Position numbers and translations under genes: made by a program. Below, in pieces: positions 44,988-54,045 of a stretch of DNA of 64,000 bases. Every line of letters starts with the position of its first letter. Position 1 is the stretch's first letter. The stretch is taken from NCBI GenBank assembly GCA_022072165.1, contig JAJVIF010000002.1:176221-240220 (forward strand), in the 5' to 3' direction. Source of the stretch: a bacterium (GTDB taxonomy: Bacteria > JAJVIF01). The notes below the pieces were generated by a model. It was not told the origin of the DNA. It saw only the letters and a program-made list of their open reading frames with translations, and did no database searches.

Positions 44988-45733
44988 CGGACCCTGGTCA
45001 TGTCCTCCCAGATGCGGGGACGCTGATCTGCCTGGCGGTAGAGATGCTCAAACGGCGCGATGGGCTCGTAGGGGGCCGGCGCGACCAGTTCCTTGGCGCG
45101 TCCTTTGAGCGCGAAAATCCGATCCATCACCTCTTTGGAAGCGGCTGCCATTTTTTCTTCATCTTTAAATTCTGCCCGGGTGAGCGGGAGCGTAAACGGC
45201 TCTCCGTAGACCACCGCAATCTGGTGCATCGGACGCGGAAGGTACTTCTTTGGTGGGAGGGACTTGGCGGTCCCCTCGCAATAGACCGGGAGCATCGGTA
45301 CGCCGGCCCGCAGCGCCAGCTGCACTGCACCATTTTTTGGAATGCGACGCTCATACTCCTGCACGAGATCGCCATGCGGGAAAATCCCCACCGCTTCCCC
45401 TTCCTGCAGCGACTTGAGCGCCTGACGAAACGCGTTGTGGCCTACGGCTTTCCGGTCGACCCGGATCATCCCGGCTCCCCGCAGATAAAGCCGGAGGACC
45501 GGCACGCCAAAGAGGATTTCCGCGGCCATGAAGCGAACCGGGCGGGGCGACGTCACGATGATGCCGGCGGGGTCGAAAAGCGAGGGGTGATTTCCCACCA
45601 CCAGGACGCCCCCGGTCCGGGGAAAGTGCTCGCGTCCGGCCACCACCAGTCCATGCCCCACTCGCAGGTACGCCCACATGAAGAGGCGACCTGCCTGATA
45701 GACGCCATACTCAAGCCGGGTGCGGAAGGACAT
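44984..45733 (-). CDS. 1-acyl-sn-glycerol-3-phosphate acyltransferase family protein
   Basis: 249 aa. Acyltransferase motif I variant GNHPSLFDP, then IFPHGD and a PKNGAVQLALRAGVPMLP block. Confidence 0.8.
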   Translation of the reverse strand: MSFRTRLEYGVYQAGRLFMWAYLRVGHGLVVAGREHFPRTGGVLVVGNHPSLFDPAGIIVTSPRPVRFMAAEILFGVPVLRLYLRGAGMIRVDRKAVGHNAFRQALKSLQEGEAVGIFPHGDLVQEYERRIPKNGAVQLALRAGVPMLPVYCEGTAKSLPPKKYLPRPMHQIAVVYGEPFTLPLTRAEFKDEEKMAAASKEVMDRIFALKGRAKELVAPAPYEPIAPFEHLYRQADQRPRIWEDMTRVR

Positions 45734-45757
45734 GCGCGAGATTGTAGAGCGAAAGGG

Positions 45758-46639
45758 TCAGATGCCCCGGAGCCAGGCCAGGACCCGCCGTCGCAGCACG
45801 GGCTGTCGCAGGAGCCCCAGCCCATGCTCCCGCCCCTCGCTGCTCAGGACCTCCGGATCTCCGGTCGTCAGCGCAGCCATCCGGAGCGCTTCCCGTCGCT
45901 CTTCCTGGTCCGTCACGAAGAGGACATCTCTTGGGGTAAACGGGGAGACTTCGCGCCCCATCAGGGTGAAGCCGGGCGCGGGATAGTAGGGCGAGATGCA
46001 GACATGCCGGGTGGCGTCATACATCGCCGAGGCGACCCAGGCGGCGTTTGCCCCGACGCTGCCACCGATGATCCCCCAGCGCTCCGGATCGATTCGTCCG
46101 GACGCGCGGCAATACTGCCGGACCTCCCAGAGGTCGCGCAAAAACTGGACATTCGCGCCCAGCGGTGGGCCCTGGACTGACAACCGTGCCATGACTTCCC
46201 CACGCTCCGGCATCGGCAACTGACGGGCGGCGACCCAGTCGGCGTACCGGGCGCAATGGGGCTCGCCCTCGCTCTCCCCGTGCCAGCGAAAGTCGATGGC
46301 GCACCAGGCAAAGTCGAGTTCGCTCAGGTCGTCCAGAAAGCCGGGAGCCCGTCGGTTCCAGGAGTCAGCATCCATGCCCCACATGTGGAGCAACAGGAGC
46401 CAGCGTGGCTGAGCAACACCTGTGGGGAGGAACATCCGCGCCCGTAGGGTGCAGCCATCGCTCAGGCGAATCTTGTGGATAAACACCTCGCCCATGGGCC
46501 AGGTGGCGGCATCCAGCGGTACCGGACAGACCGCAGGCGACGGGAAGTACTCCACTGGCGCGAGAGCCACCGGCCGGAATCCCCGGGGATTCGGCAGTCG
46601 CCACCAGTCATCGGGGATCAGGTCCGGAGCGCCGGTCAT
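45758..46639 (-). CDS. alpha/beta hydrolase-like protein
   Basis: 293 aa. GxSxG-like GGSVGAN and an LLLHMWG region. Generic fold-level call only. Confidence 0.5.
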   Translation of the reverse strand: MTGAPDLIPDDWWRLPNPRGFRPVALAPVEYFPSPAVCPVPLDAATWPMGEVFIHKIRLSDGCTLRARMFLPTGVAQPRWLLLLHMWGMDADSWNRRAPGFLDDLSELDFAWCAIDFRWHGESEGEPHCARYADWVAARQLPMPERGEVMARLSVQGPPLGANVQFLRDLWEVRQYCRASGRIDPERWGIIGGSVGANAAWVASAMYDATRHVCISPYYPAPGFTLMGREVSPFTPRDVLFVTDQEERREALRMAALTTGDPEVLSSEGREHGLGLLRQPVLRRRVLAWLRGI

Positions 46640-46650
46640 GGGGGGGCTGA

Positions 46651-47223
46651 TTACTCCGCTGGTGGCGGGGCATCGAAGTCGGCGAAGGGGTCTGGTTCTG
46701 CGTCAGGTCCATCACCGAAATCCTCGTCCAGGCCTCCGGAGAGCCCTTCTTCCTCGGTCACTTCCCCCTTTTCGGTGATCCGATAGGCGGGCATGTTGAC
46801 ATCCGGAAACTCGATGGATGCCTGCGAGTTGGGAAACGCCAGGAGGATGTAATGCTCGGGCCCGGCGTGGAGTTCGAGGTCGTAGTACCGCACGAACGCC
46901 ACCCCGCTGGGGTCATCCTCGCGGGCGCTGTAACCTGCGGGAATGGAACCATCGGCCACCAGTTCTTCAAAGGTGGCATAGCGACCAAAGCGCTGGTGAT
47001 AGGCCAGCTGCATCATGTGAATCTGCTTCAGCGAATGAATGGTGGTGGCATTCCCGAAGCTGGGATTGGTCACGGAGGCGGAACCCTGTCCCGGATTCAG
47101 CCCCTTTGTTGCTGACTGCATCGATTGCAACTGGAAGACGACCAGGATGCCAATGATGGCGACACTGATCAGGATGCTGATCATCGAGAAGCCGCGCTGC
47201 CGCTGTCCCAGTTTCTGCCTCAT
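46651..47223 (-). CDS. prepilin-type N-terminal domain protein (pseudopilin-like, atypical)
   Basis: AGGAGG 7 nt upstream. N-terminus QRG|FSMISILISVAIIGILV resembles a prepilin cleavage/methylation site but has Ser where the usual Glu+5 would be. Acidic C-terminal tail. Confidence 0.5.
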   Translation of the reverse strand: MRQKLGQRQRGFSMISILISVAIIGILVVFQLQSMQSATKGLNPGQGSASVTNPSFGNATTIHSLKQIHMMQLAYHQRFGRYATFEELVADGSIPAGYSAREDDPSGVAFVRYYDLELHAGPEHYILLAFPNSQASIEFPDVNMPAYRITEKGEVTEEEGLSGGLDEDFGDGPDAEPDPFADFDAPPPAE

Positions 47224-47244
47224 GTCGTCCTCCTGTCGCTGCGT

Positions 47245-49932
47245 TTAGCTTGTCAGCATACGGGACCGGAAGAGTTCCAGGGCGTCCGGAATCTGTGACC
47301 CGTCCTTACCCCCGCCCTGTGCCATGTCCGGACGTCCGCCGCCCCCGGCTCCCAGGAGCTTGCCGACCTCGCCGATCAGCTTGCCTGCCTGATGCCCCGC
47401 AGCGATGACATCCTCTGAGAGGGCCACCAGGGTGTTGTACTTGCCTTCCTCGCCGCCGATCAGCAGGATGGCGCAGCTGGCCTCCCGGTCGCGGATCGCC
47501 TGCGCGATGGTCCGGAGGGTCTCGGCACTCGCTCCCTCGATCTGTGATGCGAGGACCAGGGTCTGGTCGCGACGGTTCCCCTTCGCGATGAGGTCACCGA
47601 CCTGGCTCAGCGCCAGTTGTTCCTTGAGCGTCGCCAGCTCCGTCCGGAGAGCTTTGGATTCTTCCCGGAGGCGATCCAGGCCCCCCAGGAGATCCTCGAG
47701 GGTCCGCTTCGCTTTGAGTTCGCCGGCGAGCCGCGCCACCATCGCTTCCTGTTCGAAGAGATACTCCATCGCCCGCATACCGGTGTAGCCCGTGACCCGC
47801 CGGGTCCCCGCCGCGATGGATTCTTCCCGCACGAGGACAAATGCCCCCGCCTCCGCTGTATGGTCCAGATGGGTGCCACCGCAGAGTTCCAGCGACACCG
47901 GTCCCATGCGCAGGACCCGCACCTGGTCGCCATACTTTTCCCCGAAGAGGGCAACTGCCCCCATCGCCCGGGCATCGGCGATGGGCATCTCCATTTTTTC
48001 GACCGGGAAGTCCGCCAGGATCCACTCATTGACGAGCGCATCGACCTGGGCGATCTGTTTTGCGGTCATCGCCTCGAAGTGCTTGAAGTCGAAGCGGACC
48101 CTGTCCGGCTCCACCAGCGACCCCGCCTGCTCCACATGCTCCCCCAGGACCTGCTTCAAAGCGCTGTGCAAAAGATGCGCGGTGGAGTGCGCCCGCATGG
48201 TGGGGGTCCGACGCTGCGTGTCAATCTCGGCCCGGACCGGTGTCTCCGGCTCCAGCGCTTCGGTGGCGCCGCTGACCAGTTTGCACCGATGCAGGAACAC
48301 GCCGCCGGGGGTTTTCTGCGTATCGAGGACCTCCAGCACGAAGCGTCCGTCCATGGCGGAGATAGTGCCGCGATCGCCAATCTGCCCCCCAGACTCGGCA
48401 TAGAAAGGCGTCTGCTCCAGTGCCACCAAAACTTCGGCCTCACCAGCACTGATAGCCCCCAGCAGGAGGGTGTCGCCGCTGGTTGCGCCGGAGTAGCCCA
48501 GGAACAGTGTCGGAGGGAACTGGTCGAAGGCCTGCATGATCGAGGCGGCATCGCTGCCGGACCCTATCGCGCCGAGCTTGGCTTTGGTATCGGCCTTGGA
48601 GCGGGCGCGCTGTTCTGCCAGGGCAGCCTGAAACGCCGCCTCATCGACCGTCATACCGTGGTCTTCCACCAGGTCTTTGGTGAGATCCAGCGGGAAGCCA
48701 TAGGTGTCGAAGAGGGTAAAGGCCTTGTCGCCGGGGAAGGTCGCAGGGAGAGTTCCGGCATTGGACGTTTGCAGATCTTCCAGTTCCCGGGCTAGCAGGG
48801 TCTCCCCGCGATGCAGGGTGCGGAGGAAGAGTTCTTCTTCGGTCGCAATGCGATCCGCGATGAAGGCTCCCTTCTGTACGATCTCGGGATACTGGGTCCC
48901 CATGAGGTCGCGCAGGATCGGCAATGCCCCGGCCCAGACTCCGGGTCCGAAGCCGAGGCGATTCCCCCAACTCATGGCGCGACGCATGATGCGGCGCAGG
49001 ACATACCCCCGTCCTACGCGATCCGGCAGGACCCCGTCCGCCATCAGGAACGCGGTCGCCCGGAGATGGTCCGCCAGGACGTAGTAAGGATTGACCCGGG
49101 CTCCTGCTAGCTGGTTTTTGGTTTCGGTCTTGAAGTAGCCAATCAGCGGCTGGAATCCGTCGGTCTCAAAGACCGTGTCCTTTTGCTGCATCACCACACA
49201 CATCCGCTCCAGCCCGGCGCCGGTGTCGACATTCTTCTTCGGCAGTTCCACCAGGGAGCCATCCGCCTGCCGATCAAACTGGGTGAAGACCAGGTTCCAG
49301 ATTTCGATCCAGCGGCCATAGGCCGACCCGGGACCGTCATACTCCCCGTTGGTGGAGCCGAAGCGGGGACCGAGGTCGTAGAAGATTTCGGTATCCGGAC
49401 CACAGGGGCCGGTCTCTGCCATCACCCAAAAGTTGTCTTCATCGCCAAGGCGGACAATCTTCGATTCGGGCAGGCCGACTTTGCTCCGCCAGAGGTCGTA
49501 GGCCTCCTGATCGTTTTCATGCACCGAGACCATGAGCTTCTCGGTGGGGATGCCCAGGACTTCGGTCAGGAAGGTCCAGGCCCAGGGGATGATCTCCGCC
49601 TTGAAGTAGTCCCCGATGCTGAAGTTCCCCAGCATTTCGAAGAAGGTGCAGTGCCGGGGAGTCCGTCCCACCTGCTCGATGTCGAGGGTCCGGATGCACT
49701 TCTGGATACTCACCATGCGTGGCGATGGTGGAGTTTCCTGGCCGGTGAAGTACTTCTTCAGGGGCGTCATGCCGGCATTGATCAGCAGGATGGTCGGATC
49801 ATCGAAGGGGACCAGGGGCGCGGAGGCCAGGATGTGATGCTCCGAGCCGGGGAGGTCGCGGAAGTTCTCGAGGAAGAGGGTCCGGATTTCCTGGGCGGAC
49901 CGGACCGGCATCTGGGTGGTGGAAGTGGCCAT
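47245..49932 (-). CDS. alaS: alanine--tRNA ligase
   Basis: Track ORF starts at TTG 49971; the first ATG is at 49932. Canonical AlaRS sequence (EIRTLFLENF, FEMLGNFS, editing-domain HSTAHLL, C-terminal DHHA1 GGGGRPDMAQGGG). Confidence 0.95.
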   Translation of the reverse strand: MATSTTQMPVRSAQEIRTLFLENFRDLPGSEHHILASAPLVPFDDPTILLINAGMTPLKKYFTGQETPPSPRMVSIQKCIRTLDIEQVGRTPRHCTFFEMLGNFSIGDYFKAEIIPWAWTFLTEVLGIPTEKLMVSVHENDQEAYDLWRSKVGLPESKIVRLGDEDNFWVMAETGPCGPDTEIFYDLGPRFGSTNGEYDGPGSAYGRWIEIWNLVFTQFDRQADGSLVELPKKNVDTGAGLERMCVVMQQKDTVFETDGFQPLIGYFKTETKNQLAGARVNPYYVLADHLRATAFLMADGVLPDRVGRGYVLRRIMRRAMSWGNRLGFGPGVWAGALPILRDLMGTQYPEIVQKGAFIADRIATEEELFLRTLHRGETLLARELEDLQTSNAGTLPATFPGDKAFTLFDTYGFPLDLTKDLVEDHGMTVDEAAFQAALAEQRARSKADTKAKLGAIGSGSDAASIMQAFDQFPPTLFLGYSGATSGDTLLLGAISAGEAEVLVALEQTPFYAESGGQIGDRGTISAMDGRFVLEVLDTQKTPGGVFLHRCKLVSGATEALEPETPVRAEIDTQRRTPTMRAHSTAHLLHSALKQVLGEHVEQAGSLVEPDRVRFDFKHFEAMTAKQIAQVDALVNEWILADFPVEKMEMPIADARAMGAVALFGEKYGDQVRVLRMGPVSLELCGGTHLDHTAEAGAFVLVREESIAAGTRRVTGYTGMRAMEYLFEQEAMVARLAGELKAKRTLEDLLGGLDRLREESKALRTELATLKEQLALSQVGDLIAKGNRRDQTLVLASQIEGASAETLRTIAQAIRDREASCAILLIGGEEGKYNTLVALSEDVIAAGHQAGKLIGEVGKLLGAGGGGRPDMAQGGGKDGSQIPDALELFRSRMLTS

Positions 49933-50040
49933 GAGACTCGCGCAAGGCTCCTTGAGGACCGGGCATGACAACGCCCTCCGCCAGTACCGGAGGGCGTCAG
50001 TGATTCTACCAGTCCTGCCGGTGCCGGTTAGCCGGTGATG

Positions 50041-50583
50041 CTACTCCGGGGTGGCTGGCGACCGACGGTGGGAAACAAACTCGACGACCATTTCGCCCTC
50101 CTCGCCCCGGAGCACGACCACCGACTTCATCTCATCTTTGCCCGTCCGCTCAATGAAGGCTTCTTTCATGCTGAACGTGGGGTCATCGTGCCAGTACCGG
50201 ACCCGTCCATCGGCCAGGACTTCCAGGTTGTAGGTCCCCTTGTGCCCAAAGGGGGTCTCGGTGAGGGGGGTCATGCCGGGGCCATAGATGGCGTAGTGCC
50301 AGCGGAGCCCGTCGGGGGTCGCCTCGATGAGGTCGTACTCGATGATGCTGCAGGTGCCATCGGGGTCCACCACCTGATACACCCCGGCCATCGTGTGACC
50401 TGCCGGGGCGTGGACGGTCATGATCGCGAGACTGCCGAAATGCTCCCCTTCCCAGGTCCCCACCAGCCAGGCGAGGTCTTTAAGGTCCGGCTTTCCTTCT
50501 GCGACGGCATCTGCGGTTGGTTCTGCCGCCACCGGGACCAGGAGAGAAAACATGAGCAGGAGACTGAGCCACCAGGGTCGCAT
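50041..50583 (-). CDS. hypothetical secreted protein
   Basis: Trimmed to ATG 50583. Signal peptide MRPWWLSLLLMFSLLVPVAA. Beta-rich. No family assigned. Confidence 0.6.
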   Translation of the reverse strand: MRPWWLSLLLMFSLLVPVAAEPTADAVAEGKPDLKDLAWLVGTWEGEHFGSLAIMTVHAPAGHTMAGVYQVVDPDGTCSIIEYDLIEATPDGLRWHYAIYGPGMTPLTETPFGHKGTYNLEVLADGRVRYWHDDPTFSMKEAFIERTGKDEMKSVVVLRGEEGEMVVEFVSHRRSPATPE

Positions 50584-50753
50584 AGAGCACTTCCTTTCGG
50601 GTTGTAGGCAGGAGTCAGGCATCCCGGGACTGGCAACACGGCACCGAGGCCAGCGCGATTGTACCGATGTCCGCCGATGTGTTGCCCAACGGGGAAGACT
50701 CGTGGAGAACCGACGCTTGCTCCGCTGACAGGGAGCCCGTACCGTGCTCCCTT

Positions 50754-51401
50754 ATGGCCGGTACCCGCATCTACATCATGGGCGCGCATTCGACAGGCAA
50801 AACGACCCTGGCGCGGTACATCTCGCAGCGGTGGCAGGTGCCGCTGGTCACGGAAGTAGCGCGGACAGTCCTGGCAGAACACGAGCTGAAGCTGGCCTCC
50901 CTGCGGACCGACCTCAAAACGGTGAATGCGTATCAGCGAGCCGTGTTCGAGCGCCAGCTGGCGGCGGAGCGGGAACATGCAGCGGCGGGGTTTGTTTCGG
51001 ACCGGAGTTTCGACAACCTGGCCTACGCGGCGATGTACTCCACCATCACCCAGCAGCTGATGGACTCTACCCTCATGCAGGAGTGGTTCCAGCTGATGGA
51101 AGGCTCCCTCATCTTTTTTGTGCGACCGCATCCCTCCCTGGTGGCAGAGGATGGAACCCGGGCGAGCACGAACTGGGACGACCTGGTCGCCATCGATGGC
51201 ATGGTGAAGTTCCTCCTGGAGATGAGTGGCCTGCGGTACATCCCCATTCACGCGCAAAAAATGCAGGAACGGGTCCGGATCGTGGAAGCGGTCCTGGCGC
51301 TGGCGGACCCCCGGTTCCGGGATGCCCCGGAACAGATCACGCTCTTTCCCGAAACCATCAGCACCAATGGGGTCGCAGCGGGCCTGAAGCACCGGGGCTA
51401 A
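50754..51401 (+). CDS. AAA-family P-loop ATPase/kinase (NadR C-terminal domain-like)
   Basis: Trimmed to ATG 50754. Walker A IMGAHSTGKTTLARY directly at the N-terminus. Size and layout resemble NadR-type ribosylnicotinamide kinase-like ATPases. Confidence 0.6.
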   Translation: MAGTRIYIMGAHSTGKTTLARYISQRWQVPLVTEVARTVLAEHELKLASLRTDLKTVNAYQRAVFERQLAAEREHAAAGFVSDRSFDNLAYAAMYSTITQQLMDSTLMQEWFQLMEGSLIFFVRPHPSLVAEDGTRASTNWDDLVAIDGMVKFLLEMSGLRYIPIHAQKMQERVRIVEAVLALADPRFRDAPEQITLFPETISTNGVAAGLKHRG

Positions 51402-51407
51402 GCCAGC

Positions 51408-52097
51408 TCATTCGATGGCGTAGATCCGATCCATGATCGCCTGCGACACGGTCGCCACCCGCTCCGGGTCCTTCAGATCGCCCCGCGTGATGTCAGGCTG
51501 AAACACCGGTCCGAAGCGGATCCGCACCGCTCGCCCCGGACGGGGAAGTGTCTTGCCATAGGGCAACGCCACGTCGGTGCCGAAGGTCCGGACCGGCAAA
51601 ATCGAGGCCCCACTGAGCGCCGCCATCTGCACCAGCCCTTCTTTCACCGCCCGTCCTTCGCTGTCCGCCACCAGAGTGCCGGCGGGATAAATCCCAATCG
51701 CCCATCCCTGTTCCAGCATCCTGAGTGCCTGACGCAGGGCGGTGGCCCCTCCCTTTTGACGATCGACAAAGATCATGCCGGTCCCCCGCATGATGCGCCG
51801 CAGCACGGGGTAGGAGAAGGTCCACTCGGCGGCCAGGACAGCGGTGCGTCGGGGCAACGCTGCCAGCAGGCAGGGGGGATCGAGAAGCGAGGGGTGATTC
51901 CCCGCCACCAGCAGCGGTCCCGCCAATGGCACCAGGTCTTCGTCTTCGATAAAGAGCTGGTGGGCGGTCCGGAGATACCCCCGGAGTCCCAGCCTCAGTT
52001 GCCGATACGCCCGCCCGGAGCGTCGCCACGGATGAAACAGCGGCAACCCAGAGGGATCCCAGGTGGGGGGCGGAATGGGTCCGGCAGGAAGCGGCAT
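51408..52097 (-). CDS. 1-acyl-sn-glycerol-3-phosphate acyltransferase family protein (second copy)
   Basis: 229 aa. Motif GNHPSLLDP, then IYPAGT and a KEGLVQMAALSGASILP block. Confidence 0.78.
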   Translation of the reverse strand: MPLPAGPIPPPTWDPSGLPLFHPWRRSGRAYRQLRLGLRGYLRTAHQLFIEDEDLVPLAGPLLVAGNHPSLLDPPCLLAALPRRTAVLAAEWTFSYPVLRRIMRGTGMIFVDRQKGGATALRQALRMLEQGWAIGIYPAGTLVADSEGRAVKEGLVQMAALSGASILPVRTFGTDVALPYGKTLPRPGRAVRIRFGPVFQPDITRGDLKDPERVATVSQAIMDRIYAIE

Positions 52098-52133
52098 GGC
52101 TGGAGCGTACCGAATCTGCTACTGGAGAGCGAA

Positions 52134-52367
52134 TCAGGCCATCGGACTGGGGGTGCGATGTCGATGGGGCCAGAGGACCGCGTCCATCTGCGCCAGATAG
52201 CCCGTACCGAAGAGGAGATAGAGGGGCCATCCGGCAAAGGGGAGCAGCACCTGGGCCGTGCACCAGAGGAGGCGGTGCGGCCAGCAGGGCAACTCGCTCT
52301 CGAGGATCACGAGGATTGCGACAAAGGTCCAGAGGACCCACAAGGCCAGCAAGAACATGGTCGTCAT
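52134..52367 (-). CDS. PLDc_N (cardiolipin synthase N-terminal-like) small membrane protein
   Basis: 77 aa with two TM segments and the characteristic WC.AQVLLPFAGWPLYLLFG motif. Confidence 0.6.
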   Translation of the reverse strand: MTTMFLLALWVLWTFVAILVILESELPCWPHRLLWCTAQVLLPFAGWPLYLLFGTGYLAQMDAVLWPHRHRTPSPMA

Positions 52368-52527
52368 CCCTTGTCATCCGGTCGAAGTCCCAGATGGGCA
52401 TCACCCTGGAAGGTGTACGCTAAGGATACCCTATGTAGCGACATATCGCCGCGGGAAAAACGAGTGCCCCTGGGGTCAGGGGCACTGGAGGACTATGCGT
52501 GCAACTCGAAGTGGGTGCTTTACGTCC

Positions 52528-52761
52528 TCACCGGGTCACGATGGGGGCGCGACGGGGACGTGCTTTGGCAGCTGGTCGCACTGCTTCGGTTTCCTGCTCC
52601 GGACGGAAGTAGCGTCGCCATGAATTTTTTCCGCATCCACTGCAGCGATTGAGCGATACTGGATGCTTCCCGAAGACCTTATGGCCACACTTCATACACT
52701 GATAGTCGGCCCGAAACGAAGCGTCATACCCCCCGGTCGCGGTCAGAAGCCCTGTGGTCAC
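52528..52761 (-). CDS. zinc-ribbon small protein (FmdB-like CxxC..CxxC)
   Basis: Track ORF (134 aa) trimmed to GTG 52761, which has AAGGGGGA 6 nt upstream. Motif DYQCMKCGH..(11)..CSGCG. Basic tail. Confidence 0.35.
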   Translation of the reverse strand: MTTGLLTATGGYDASFRADYQCMKCGHKVFGKHPVSLNRCSGCGKNSWRRYFRPEQETEAVRPAAKARPRRAPIVTR

Positions 52762-53093
52762 GGAGTTCCCCCTTTGGGCGATCACTGGCCAGTCCTTTGA
52801 GATCAACCCCTGATCCCAGGACCGCGTCAGCCGCGCTGGATGGCTGGTGATCGGGGCAGCCACCCCACCGGTACCTACCGTACCAGCAGATCTTTCGCGT
52901 GCAAAGTATCCCAACGGATACCGGCAGGCCAAAGAAAACGCGAGCCATTCCTAAGATGCGGTTGCCCAGGGTTTGGTTCATCTGTCCAGAGAAATCTCAG
53001 GCTGGCAGGCGGCTCCCAGCCCTGTGGTGGAGGGGGGAGTAGAATGCGACCCGTCCGCCGCCATCGGTCAATCCGCGAAGGAGCGCTGCTGCT

Positions 53094-53900
53094 GTGTCCG
53101 CTACGCCCCCCCTCCCGCCGTTATGTACCCGCGCCACCGTCCGACTCGTCGGCAAGCAGGTGGTCGACACCGCAGCCCTTGCGGACTTCCTCACCGATGA
53201 AGGCTATGTCTGGGAGCCCTCGACCAGCAACGCCCCCGACCTCATTCCCGAGATCGCCGGGCGCCTCTGTTACATGAGCTATGGCAAGGGGCGGAAGGAA
53301 AACCGGGACTATCTGGACAACATCCTGAGTGTCCGTCACGGCTCCGTGCTGGAGCACTCGGTCTTCAACTTTCTCATCACCGGAGTCTCCCGGTCCCTCA
53401 CGCACGAACTCGTACGCCACCGGGCGGGATTTGGGTATTCCCAGCTCTCCCAGCGCTATGTCGATGAGTCCGACACCGCCTTCGTCGAGCCCGCCATCAT
53501 TGCCGCGGACCCCGAAGCCCATCAGATTTTTGTCGAAGCCGTGACAGCGGCCCGGGAGTGGTACATCGCGCTGGGAGATCGCCTGGAAGCGGTGATTGCG
53601 GCGAAGGGGCTCGAAGGGGATCTGAGCAAAACGCGGCTCCGGAAGCTCGCCCGGGAAGCCGCCCGGGCGGTCCTGCCCAATGCCACGGAAACCAAGATCT
53701 TTGTGACGGCCAACGCCCGGGCGTTGCGACACTTCATTGAGCTGCGCGCCAGTCGGGAAGCGGAGCCGGAAATCCGGGCCCTGGCGGTCCAGATCTGCCG
53801 GATGCTGCAGGCAGAAGCGCCGAATCTGTTCGGGGACTATCACGTCATGACCCTCCCTGACGGCACCGAAGCCTGCAGCACGGCGAATCCCAAAGTCTAA
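53094..53900 (+). CDS. thyX: FAD-dependent thymidylate synthase
   Basis: 268 aa. GTG start with GAAGGAG 9 nt upstream. ThyX motif RHRAGFGYSQLSQRY plus HGSVLEH and ARAVLPNATET blocks. Confidence 0.92.
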   Translation: MSATPPLPPLCTRATVRLVGKQVVDTAALADFLTDEGYVWEPSTSNAPDLIPEIAGRLCYMSYGKGRKENRDYLDNILSVRHGSVLEHSVFNFLITGVSRSLTHELVRHRAGFGYSQLSQRYVDESDTAFVEPAIIAADPEAHQIFVEAVTAAREWYIALGDRLEAVIAAKGLEGDLSKTRLRKLAREAARAVLPNATETKIFVTANARALRHFIELRASREAEPEIRALAVQICRMLQAEAPNLFGDYHVMTLPDGTEACSTANPKV

Positions 53901-54045
53901 AACGGCTTCCTGCCTCTGCTTGCCGGCCTCACTTCGTGTCCCGCCAGGGATACAACCTTCTGTGCCTGAACAGCGTCTGAGTGAATGCGCTGTGCCGGGT
54001 CAGCGAGACTCTACGCACATCACTGCATCAGGAAGGTTCGTCTCC

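Noticed and set aside
43186-48795. Plus-strand ORFs 43186..44391, 45044..46180 and 47617..48795
   Set aside because: They are antisense to gcvT, to plsC plus the hydrolase gene, and to alaS respectively, all of which are identified by family motifs on the minus strand.
50418-52652. ORFs 50418..51392 (-), 51493..52404 (-) and 51756..52652 (+), about 300 aa each
   Set aside because: They overlap the P-loop ATPase, plsC-like and PLDc_N genes in other frames or on the other strand. They show shadow composition and no start signals.
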